This document shows positions 20,893 through 28,523 of a stretch of DNA of 64,000 nt, piece by piece (the stretch's first letter is position 1; each line of letters begins with the position of its first letter). Source of the DNA: an uncultured bacterium (GTDB lineage: Bacteria > Bacillota_I > Bacilli_A > RFN20 > CAG-826); the NCBI GenBank assembly GCA_949293175.1, contig CASFCI010000003.1, forward strand, positions 78,899 to 142,898, written 5' to 3'. The notes below the pieces were generated by a model that saw nothing but the letters and a program-made list of their open reading frames with translations, was not told where the DNA came from and ran no database searches. The position numbers and the translations under genes were made by a program.

Positions 20893-23040
20893 CTAGGCCA
20901 TAGATGCGTTAGTGAGGCGCTTATTGTTGCACTTGACGCGCCGGTTGCGCCGTTTCATGTACACCCGGCCGCACTTCTCGATGTAGCGCCAATCGTGGAT
21001 CTCGATGGCGATACATAGCCTCCCCTCCAGCCGGAAATAGGCCATCGGGAGCGGGCCGAGCAGGCTTGGGAAAGCCGCGAGCCAAGCGAAGTAAAGCAAA
21101 TAGGAAAGCGCGAACAAGGCGGCATAGCCGGATAGGCTCAGCTTGAGGCAATAGGCGAGCGGGAAGCATATCGCGGCGGAAGCGGCAACCGGCGCCAGGC
21201 CCATGCAAAGCGCGAACGCGGATTCCTTCCCCTTGCCCCACCCAAGCACCGCTCCGGCGGCCCCAAAGATGGCCATGGCGGCGATCGCGAGTGCGAAAAC
21301 AGCCGGGTTGGGGGCGAAAACCAGCGCCACGTAGAAGCCCAAATAGGTCAGAAGGCCCGCAAGATAGGCATAGCCCCAATTCCTTCGGCCAATAGGCAGT
21401 GACGCCATCCCCAAGCAGATACCGCCGACGATGCCGTAAACCGAAAGGAATACCGCATTCGCCGATTGGCAGATCCCAAGCGGGCCGAGCAATATCGGAA
21501 GCAGCACGCCCAAGCCGATTGACAAACAGGTCGCGACGATGGCTAGCGGCCTAAACGAAAGCAATTCGCGGGCGCGGACCGCCTCATAGTCCTCCTGCCT
21601 GCGTAAAGGGCGCTTGAGGACGTAGCGGTTGTAATCGGATAGCAGCGGCACATAGGCCATCAAGACGATCATGAAGGCCTTGGTGTCGGTCATTAGGAAC
21701 GCGGTGCTCTCGGCCATGCCGTGTATCAGGAAGCCGATGAAGAAGACGAGGCACGGGAAGGCAGACTTCGAATGCCTTCGCCAGGCACGGAAGGCCACAT
21801 ATAGGAAATAGACCAGAATAAACAGGTAGGCAGCGAGCCGGATGACGCCCCCGCTGCAAAGTACATGGACGAAGCCGTTGTGGGCGTAGAAGATCCCGCC
21901 GGCGCTCGGCTTGTCGATATCGAACATCTTCCCCAATAGGTACCCGAAGTTGCTCTCCCCCACGCCGAATATCCATCTTATGGGGGAATCGGAGAGCATC
22001 ATGATGCTCGCATACCAGATGTCGAAGCGCGACTTCACCGACCCGGCATCGGTGCCCTCAAAGGCGAGCAACAGGTTATCGACCATCTTGGAGAAGACGA
22101 AGTTCTCGCCGAGCGTCTTGTAGAACCCTAGCAGGAACACCGCCAAAGGCGCGGCGAGGAAGAAGAAAAGCGTGATGAGGTTCCTCCGCCAATGCAGCCT
22201 GATGGTCAGCAGGAAGCGGTAAAGCAGGAAGGCGAATACCGCGAACATGGCAATCAGGATCGATGTCTTGGATATGACGAAGAAAAGCTCGCAGAACAAT
22301 ATCCCTATCAATAGGAAATTCCACCAATGGGGATGGTGGTTGTGGACGAATATCAAAGAGCAGATGCCGATGACCAGCATCATCCCGAACAGGTTGCGGT
22401 TATAGAAGAACGAGCTCGCGTACACCGAAGCCGTGACCTCGGTCTTGATCGAGAAGTACTTGACGTAGATTTGCCACTCCATGCCGATGCTCCAGGCGAC
22501 GGCGAAGAAGCTCACGAAGGCGGCGGCATAGAAGAGGAACATCAGCGACCTTCCGTCCTTCAGCAGCTGAGGCAATACGCAGAACAGGACATACAGGTAC
22601 CCCATGCCCACCACGAAAAGGATCATGAACCTGACCCGGTCCATGACATCAATGGAATAGGAGAACGCCGTCTTTGTCCCGTCTAGATGGTGGGTGAAGC
22701 CATCGATCGAGGAAGGGAACGCCAACAGCCCCACCGCGTTGGATATGATCAAAAGGCCGAACAGCCCGATGAATAGGTAATTTGCCTTCAGGCTTCCCTT
22801 CCTGATGGCCACGATCAGGAACAAGGCCATCGAGGCCAGGCAGGCGGCCATGGTCAGGAAGAACTCGACGTCGTCCATCAAGACGTAGTTCGGGGTGTTG
22901 AAGAAGGCAATAGCCTCCTCGAAATACGCCCCGACGCTTATGGACATCAGCCCCAGAAGCAGCAACAGCAGGTAAGGGGTGTTGCCTTTCCTCGCCCTGC
23001 CGACGCCGACTATGGACCAATCGATACGCCTTCGATGCAT
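20893..23040 (-). CDS. large polytopic membrane protein (O-antigen-ligase/Wzy-like?)
   Basis: 715 aa with more than 15 TM helices and a single large extracytoplasmic loop containing IFYAHNGFVHVL. The functional call is tentative. Confidence 0.35.
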   Translation of the reverse strand: MHRRRIDWSIVGVGRARKGNTPYLLLLLLGLMSISVGAYFEEAIAFFNTPNYVLMDDVEFFLTMAACLASMALFLIVAIRKGSLKANYLFIGLFGLLIISNAVGLLAFPSSIDGFTHHLDGTKTAFSYSIDVMDRVRFMILFVVGMGYLYVLFCVLPQLLKDGRSLMFLFYAAAFVSFFAVAWSIGMEWQIYVKYFSIKTEVTASVYASSFFYNRNLFGMMLVIGICSLIFVHNHHPHWWNFLLIGILFCELFFVISKTSILIAMFAVFAFLLYRFLLTIRLHWRRNLITLFFFLAAPLAVFLLGFYKTLGENFVFSKMVDNLLLAFEGTDAGSVKSRFDIWYASIMMLSDSPIRWIFGVGESNFGYLLGKMFDIDKPSAGGIFYAHNGFVHVLCSGGVIRLAAYLFILVYFLYVAFRAWRRHSKSAFPCLVFFIGFLIHGMAESTAFLMTDTKAFMIVLMAYVPLLSDYNRYVLKRPLRRQEDYEAVRARELLSFRPLAIVATCLSIGLGVLLPILLGPLGICQSANAVFLSVYGIVGGICLGMASLPIGRRNWGYAYLAGLLTYLGFYVALVFAPNPAVFALAIAAMAIFGAAGAVLGWGKGKESAFALCMGLAPVAASAAICFPLAYCLKLSLSGYAALFALSYLLYFAWLAAFPSLLGPLPMAYFRLEGRLCIAIEIHDWRYIEKCGRVYMKRRNRRVKCNNKRLTNASMA

Positions 23041-23177
23041 AGTAGGCGTATTTTACTATTCTCGTATACCTTATTGAAGGGCGCGCAGCATGATTCAGGA
23101 AGCATTTCCCGACTATTGAATATTCAACGAAACAACGCGCTTCTGCGAGCCTTTTGCTGATCGTTATCGGTTTTGCC

Positions 23178-23209
23178 AAGAGAAAAGCCGGCCCGTTGGG
23201 GTCGGCTTG
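23178..23209 (-). terminator. rho-independent terminator downstream of the TasA-like gene
   Basis: The minus strand reads AGCCGACCCCaacGGGCCGGCT followed by TTTTCTCTT. Confidence 0.55.
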
Positions 23210-23231
23210 CTGGCGAGTGGTTCAGCCTAGA

Positions 23232-24107
23232 TTAGGCGCCAACGTCGGCATCGGCGTCAAGGGCGCCGAAGGCCAATTTGATGTTGATCATCTTGCCGCT
23301 GGCATCGTTCTGGTTTTGGACGATCGCGCCTTCCATCCAGATGGAAACGGTGACGTATAGGCGATTGACCCCGGTTGTTCCTTGGATGTCGCCGAGGTAG
23401 CAGGCCAACTCTTCGTTGTTCGTGTTGTCGGTTGGCATCGGATCAACGCCTGTAACAGTGGTGAAGAAATTATCTCCTTCGCCATAGGTTGCGGTGTCAT
23501 CGGTTGTGGTTCCGTCGACATAAGTCTTTAAGCTACCGGTTTCGGACCCTTCGGTGTTCTGCATGAAAACGAAATGGCCGGGCTTGGTGATGTCGTTGGC
23601 GCCGAAAGACGTCGGCTGCTCGCTGCCTTCCGTCTGGGCGTTGATGGCAACTTTTGTCCACCTTGCCAGCGGCTCGTTTTCGGTGCCGGTTATCGAGGAA
23701 TTGGCGGAGTCGAAGTAGCAGCTGATGGGATCGGTGCCTTGGTTGCTCAGGACGATGCCGAAGGTCAGATAGCCTTCAGTAGTGGTCTTATAGGCGATGG
23801 GCTCATCCCCAGTGCCCCAAACAGGCGCGTAGAAGGTCTGACCCTCGCGGGAAGAGACGTCGTATAGCGGGGTGTCGGAGGTTAGTGTGGCGGTGTTGGT
23901 GGTGCCGCCGGTGACCGGAGCGGAGGCCTCGAGATCGAAGTAGCCGATGTTCAAATTGCCGCGGGTGTTGGTGGCGGTGATGTTGGTGATGTTCATGGTC
24001 GCGGTGCGCGAGGCGGTGAACCACGCATAGGTGCCGGTCGCCCCAGCGGCAACGGTGCCGACGGTGAGGGCGGAGAGGGCTAGTAAGAGTTTGCTCTTGG
24101 TTTTCAT
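23232..24107 (-). CDS. secreted protein with SipW-cognate class signal peptide (TasA/camelysin-like fibre subunit)
   Basis: N-terminus MKTKSKLLLALSALTVGTVAAGATGTYAWFTASRTA matches the TasA-type signal (…GTYAYFTD…). T/G/N-rich beta-type body. 291 aa. Confidence 0.7.
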   Translation of the reverse strand: MKTKSKLLLALSALTVGTVAAGATGTYAWFTASRTATMNITNITATNTRGNLNIGYFDLEASAPVTGGTTNTATLTSDTPLYDVSSREGQTFYAPVWGTGDEPIAYKTTTEGYLTFGIVLSNQGTDPISCYFDSANSSITGTENEPLARWTKVAINAQTEGSEQPTSFGANDITKPGHFVFMQNTEGSETGSLKTYVDGTTTDDTATYGEGDNFFTTVTGVDPMPTDNTNNEELACYLGDIQGTTGVNRLYVTVSIWMEGAIVQNQNDASGKMINIKLAFGALDADADVGA

Positions 24108-24345
24108 GAAAAAAGTTCCTTTCGGCGATGCTTACTGCATCAAGCGAACGGATTCCAATGGCTTTCGACTTACGTCGCTATGTGGGCAACGCCTCGGAGG
24201 CCTCGGCCGCGGGCACGGCCTTCGTTTCCCTTCGAAGCGAGGTAATTCTAAAATGAACCGACGCGATTTTTCAACAACCAATCTTCCATTTCCTTCGTCA
24301 ATTGCCGTATTTGTGCTAATATCACCCTCGAAAGAAGACTTTGCC

Positions 24346-24729
24346 ATGGACAAAAAGAAGAAAATCCTGCTGTGGGCGGCGGGCATAGCCGAGGCCGCGA
24401 TTATCATATTCGGCCTGGTGGTATCGATTCTGGTGATCGTCACCTACAACTCCCCCGAGGAATTCCCGGCCACCTACAAAGAGCTCAACCTTGCGGAAAA
24501 CGGCCCGATGATCGGGTATTTCCAGAACAACGCGACGGTTTTCTTCCTCGTGATAGTCCTTCCCCTGCTGCTCATACTGGCCGTCGATATCGTCTACCTC
24601 GTCTACTTCGCATTGAAGCGGGAATCCAAGCTAAGCGACTCCGAGCGGAAGATCATCGCCGAGAAGGCGAAAGAAGAGGCCAAGGCGGAACTGTTGAAGG
24701 AACTGGAAGAGGAGTCGACCAAGAAATAG
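24346..24729 (+). CDS. small two-TM membrane protein
   Basis: Met at 24346 (MDKKKKILLWAAGIAEAAIIIFGLVVSILVIV...) is preceded by gaaagaag. Two hydrophobic helices precede a charged C-terminal tail. The tracked ORF start at 24031 overlaps the convergent TasA-like gene and is unlikely. Confidence 0.4.
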   Translation: MDKKKKILLWAAGIAEAAIIIFGLVVSILVIVTYNSPEEFPATYKELNLAENGPMIGYFQNNATVFFLVIVLPLLLILAVDIVYLVYFALKRESKLSDSERKIIAEKAKEEAKAELLKELEEESTKK

Positions 24730-24745
24730 GCTGCCCGTCAACGCC

Positions 24746-24772
24746 ATCGCCCCACGCGGGCGTTTTATTTTG
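24746..24772 (+). terminator. putative intrinsic terminator
   Basis: CGCCCcacgcGGGCG followed by ttttatttt, just after the stop of the small membrane protein gene. Confidence 0.45.
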
Positions 24773-24784
24773 CCCGCACGGCTA

Positions 24785-24816
24785 TTGACATGCACCGGCG
24801 ATAAGGCAAATAATAG
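24785..24816 (+). promoter_or_regulatory. candidate sigma70-type promoter (TTGACA ... TAATAG) for fibre operon 1
   Basis: TTGACA at 24785 and a TAATAG-like -10 near 24811; the spacing is long, so this is weak. It lies immediately upstream of the riboswitch-like leader. Confidence 0.25.
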
Positions 24817-24817
24817 C

Positions 24818-24900
24818 GGCGTGAAAGGCAAAGCCAGGGAAACCTGGCGGCGCAAAACTAAAGGGCCTAAGCGAAAGACGGCAGCCAGTTACCCCAGGAA
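24818..24900 (+). ncRNA. candidate c-di-GMP-I (GEMM-like) riboswitch aptamer, copy 1
   Basis: aGGCAAAgCC followed by hairpin CAGG-GAAA-CCTG (GNRA loop). Then GGCGCAAAACTAAAGGGCC, a CCUAAG element, and GGCAGCCAG. It resembles the GEMM core (GGCAAACC ... GACGCAAAGCC). It lies about 120 nt upstream of the operon start at 25021. Confidence 0.45.
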
Positions 24901-25020
24901 GCAGGAGATCATCTCCGCGGGCAACTGAGCTGCATTTTCCTTGCTTCCACTAGGGCTAAGCCCCCAATCCCCGGGAATGGATTCCAATGGTAATACCGAG
25001 GAGAAGGAGCGCCCGCCTTG

Positions 25021-25977
25021 ATGATAGGCGGAAAAAAGGATTTTTCAGCCGTGCCCAAAAAGAAGAAAGAGAAAAAGGTCAAGCAGGACCTGCCTAAGAT
25101 CGACGCCATCGGCATGAAGGGCGTTTTGACGCCCGAGAAAGCCGCCAAGCGCAGGAAGAGGCGGAATATAGCCATCGCCGTCGGCTCCACCTCAGCCGCG
25201 GTTTTGGCCATGCTCATGATCATCGCCTTCCTCGGAAGGGTAAGCGGCAACTTCACCATCTCCATCGACCCCCGCGATTTCTCAAATCGCCTGGGCCTAT
25301 CCTACGAGGTCGATGGCTCCATGACCTCAACCATGCTTGGATCGGGCCTATCCGAGGCCAAGCCGGTCGCGGCCAGTCAGGTGTTCAACCACATCGACAG
25401 CTTCGATTCCTCCGCGCAGCTTTCGGGCGAGAACTCGCTTTACGAGGGGGAAGGTGACAGTCGGCGCAACTACGCGCTCGTGTACACCTGGTACCTACGG
25501 AATAAGACCGACGACGAGGTGACCTACCGGGTCACGCTCAACGTCAGCGACTACGTATCCCCCACCAACGAGGCGATCGAGCCTTACGAGTATCTGCGCG
25601 TGGCCGTCTTCGTCAACCCGGTGCTGACCTTCCCGGGCGCCGAGCAGACCCACGACTACACCGTCTATGGGCTGCAGTCGCGCACCGCCGGGACCGCCGA
25701 GGACGATGACGACGTCAGGGAATGCATCTCGCAGTTCTCCACTGACGACGAGGGAAGAAGGAACCCGATGAGCACCGACAACCAGAAATCCTCGGGCTAC
25801 TGCACCCCCTTCCTCGACACCAAGGGAAGGATATTCGACCTATCGGGGATGACCATCGCCCCGAGCGCGGCGGTCAGGTACACGTTGGTGGCCTGGCTAG
25901 AGGGATACGATCCGGAATGCCGCGGAAAGGCACCTGAAGGCGCCTCGATGACGTTCTCGTTGGAATACCAGTCATAG
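25021..25977 (+). CDS. membrane-anchored secreted protein (TapA-like accessory/anchor candidate)
   Basis: ATG at 25021 has a strong SD (GGAGAAGGAG). The protein has a K-rich N-terminal region, one TM helix and an extracytoplasmic domain. It is the first gene of an 8-gene coupled operon. Confidence 0.5.
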   Translation: MIGGKKDFSAVPKKKKEKKVKQDLPKIDAIGMKGVLTPEKAAKRRKRRNIAIAVGSTSAAVLAMLMIIAFLGRVSGNFTISIDPRDFSNRLGLSYEVDGSMTSTMLGSGLSEAKPVAASQVFNHIDSFDSSAQLSGENSLYEGEGDSRRNYALVYTWYLRNKTDDEVTYRVTLNVSDYVSPTNEAIEPYEYLRVAVFVNPVLTFPGAEQTHDYTVYGLQSRTAGTAEDDDDVRECISQFSTDDEGRRNPMSTDNQKSSGYCTPFLDTKGRIFDLSGMTIAPSAAVRYTLVAWLEGYDPECRGKAPEGASMTFSLEYQS

Positions 25978-25981
25978 TTTC

Positions 25982-26959
25982 ATGGAAAGAAAAGGCAATC
26001 GGCTCGGCGTATACCTGGCCGTCATAGCCGCCTGCATGGGGCTGTCTTTGGCCTCATCCGTGACGGCGACCTACGCCTTCTTTGAGGTAAGCAGCTCGCA
26101 GAAGGTGCAGGGATTGGATTTTTCTTTCGCCGGCGAGGACGAGATAAAGATCGGGCTGCCGAACTCATTGCTAGGCGACGTCGCCTACTACCAAGACGTC
26201 GATTCCTCGATCCTGCAGGCCCATTACCCCGACATCCCCTCGTCAATAAGCACCGTCACCACGGCATTCGGGGGAAACAAAGGGGAGCTTCCGACCTTCT
26301 ACGCCGACCCGCCGCAGTTCACTAAAACCTCCCGCGGATTCATCCAGTTCGACGTGTATCTGCTGTCGAGCGAATCCTGCTATGTCTACCTAGAGGACGG
26401 CTCGGGCATTGAGGAGGACGCGACCTACAACCGAAGCCAGGAAGAGGCTTTGGGATTAGAGTCCGGAAGCCTCAAGCGGATAGAGCAGGCCAGCCGGATC
26501 GCCATGTCGTTTGACGGCGGCACCACCATCTTCGCCAAAGAGGGCCGCAGCATATCCTACGCCGCCCCGCTCGACCTCGACTTCGACGGCTATGCCGATT
26601 CAAAAGACGGCAAAGACGTCCTATACGGGGATTACCAAGGCGAGCCAACCTACATCCAAGACGAAGGCCACGTCTACCCCAACGGAGAGAAAACCGCGCC
26701 GGGAAGCCTGTCGATCGACCTAGACGGCGAAGGAATCGCGAAAGAGAGCAACGAATCCTTCTCTTCCTACGTCCACGACGGGGCCGCTTCCTCGCAGGGG
26801 AGCGCCGCCAAGCCGCTATTGCAGCTAGAGGCCAATAAGGCCAAGAAAATCACCATCAGCTTCTACGTCGAGGGCTTCGACCCCCTCGCGGACAACAGCC
26901 TAAGCGGGGCCCGGGCGAAACTAAGCCTCGGCTTCATCCCATTATTCCAAAACGACTAA
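25982..26959 (+). CDS. secreted protein with SipW-cognate class signal peptide (TasA-like)
   Basis: N-terminus ...LSLASSVTATYAFFEVSSSQK. 325 aa. Only a 4-nt gap from the upstream gene. Confidence 0.65.
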   Translation: MERKGNRLGVYLAVIAACMGLSLASSVTATYAFFEVSSSQKVQGLDFSFAGEDEIKIGLPNSLLGDVAYYQDVDSSILQAHYPDIPSSISTVTTAFGGNKGELPTFYADPPQFTKTSRGFIQFDVYLLSSESCYVYLEDGSGIEEDATYNRSQEEALGLESGSLKRIEQASRIAMSFDGGTTIFAKEGRSISYAAPLDLDFDGYADSKDGKDVLYGDYQGEPTYIQDEGHVYPNGEKTAPGSLSIDLDGEGIAKESNESFSSYVHDGAASSQGSAAKPLLQLEANKAKKITISFYVEGFDPLADNSLSGARAKLSLGFIPLFQND

Positions 26960-26968
26960 GGAGGGCAT

Positions 26969-28522
26969 ATGAGCGCTTACTTCGAATACCTAAAGCAGAT
27001 GATAATCGAGTTCTTCACCAACCTCGGACTTTTCTTCTCCGACGCGTTCGCCTATCCGTGGTCGAAGGTGCCGGGGCAGGTTGACTACTACAATTCGCTT
27101 TTCGCCAACTACTCGCCCGACTTCGGGGGAGGAGGATGGTTCTTCTTCATCCTGTTCCTAATCTTGCTCATCGCCGCCTTCGGGGCTTTGGGCTATCTTG
27201 TATACTACCTTATACGCCGCTACGTGCATTTCCGCGCCTCCACCGAAGACACCACTAAGTACCGCGAGGAGATCGAGCGGCTCAACCTCGAGCTATACCA
27301 CGCGCTCTCCGAGAAGGACCGCGTGTTGGGGCTGCAGGTCCATAGCCTAGCCACCGCCGGGATCGACGTCGACGCCCCCAAGGCGGAAGAAGGCGGGGAG
27401 AAGAAGGAAGAGGAGGTTAGCGAGGACGACGTCAGGTTCCCGAAGCTATGCGACGTCGACGCCCGCTACGCCACCCCGATGCGCCCCACCGTCCTGCCCG
27501 AGGACGCCGCCAATATATCGCTAGAGGGCATCTGCGAGCGGTTCCGCCTATTCTGCGCCTCCCAGCTCGGCCTTTACTACACCATCGAGACCATGCGGGA
27601 GTTCATCGCCTCCATCGGCACCTCCAAGATCATCATCCTCGAGGGTATATCCGGCACCGGCAAGACCTCCTTGCCCTACGCTTTTGGGCGCTTCATAAGG
27701 CACAACGCCGCCATCTGCTCGGTCCAGCCTAGCTGGCACGACCGCTCGGAGCTGCTCGGCTACTACAACGACTTCACCCACCGCTTCACCGAGACCGAGT
27801 TCCTCCGCGCCATCTACGAGGCCACCTACCGCGACGACCTATCCGTCGTCGTCCTCGACGAGATGAACCTCGCCCGCATCGAGTACTACTTCGCCGAGTT
27901 CCTCTCCATCATGGAGATGCCTAACGTCAGCGAGTGGAACATCTCATTGGTCGCCGCGCCGAGAAAAGACGACCCGAAGCACCTCACCGACGGGAAGCTC
28001 TTGATCCCGCAGAACATAATCTTCGTCGGCACCGCCAACAACGACGACTCGACCTTCACCATCACCGACAAGGTCTACGACCGCTCGATGTCGCTTTTCT
28101 TCGACAACAAGGGCATCCCCTTCGACTCGACCTTCACCGAGGCCTGCCCGCTGCCATACGAATACGTCGCCTCGCTATTCGAGAAGGCCAAGGCCGACTT
28201 CCCGCTATCGGCCAAAAACCGCGAGAAGTTCGAGTCCCTCGACGAGTTCGTCATCGCCAAGTTCCGCCTGGCCTTCGGCAACCGAATATTGCGCCAGATG
28301 GAGTCCTTCGTCCCCTGCTACGTCGCCTGCGGCGGGACCGAGCTCGAGGCCATCGACTACATCTTCGAGTCGAAGATCCTCAAGAAGTTCGAGGTGCTCA
28401 ACATCTCCTTCCTCCGCGATGAGCTGATGGACCTCGAGGCCGAGCTCACCAAGCTCTTCGGCAAGAACGAGTTCAAGCTGTCCAAAGCCAAGATAAGGAG
28501 CTTCCTCAAGACCGTAAGCTGA
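26969..28522 (+). CDS. membrane-anchored McrB-family AAA+ (GTPase-type) ATPase
   Basis: N-terminal TM helix (FFFILFLILLIAAFGALGYLVYYLI) and a coiled-coil. Walker A is IIILEGISGTGKTS. Walker B/McrB signature is VVVLDEMNLARIEYYFAEFLSIME (compare DEINRANxxxxFGEL). The NxxD-type segment FVGTANNDDS matches the McrB MNTADRS region. Confidence 0.65.
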   Translation: MSAYFEYLKQMIIEFFTNLGLFFSDAFAYPWSKVPGQVDYYNSLFANYSPDFGGGGWFFFILFLILLIAAFGALGYLVYYLIRRYVHFRASTEDTTKYREEIERLNLELYHALSEKDRVLGLQVHSLATAGIDVDAPKAEEGGEKKEEEVSEDDVRFPKLCDVDARYATPMRPTVLPEDAANISLEGICERFRLFCASQLGLYYTIETMREFIASIGTSKIIILEGISGTGKTSLPYAFGRFIRHNAAICSVQPSWHDRSELLGYYNDFTHRFTETEFLRAIYEATYRDDLSVVVLDEMNLARIEYYFAEFLSIMEMPNVSEWNISLVAAPRKDDPKHLTDGKLLIPQNIIFVGTANNDDSTFTITDKVYDRSMSLFFDNKGIPFDSTFTEACPLPYEYVASLFEKAKADFPLSAKNREKFESLDEFVIAKFRLAFGNRILRQMESFVPCYVACGGTELEAIDYIFESKILKKFEVLNISFLRDELMDLEAELTKLFGKNEFKLSKAKIRSFLKTVS

Positions 28523-28523
28523 T

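Noticed and set aside
24108-24250. Possible third GEMM-like motif upstream of the minus-strand TasA-like gene (GGCCGAGGCCTCCGAGGCG hairpin)
   Set aside because: Only the GC hairpin resembles the P3 of copy 2. The GGCAAACC and GCGCAAAAC elements are absent.
24031-24345. Extended 5' part of the tracked ORF 24031..24729
   Set aside because: It overlaps the convergent TasA-like gene and its terminator region, and is GC-biased non-protein-like. The downstream Met at 24346 gives a coherent 2-TM protein.
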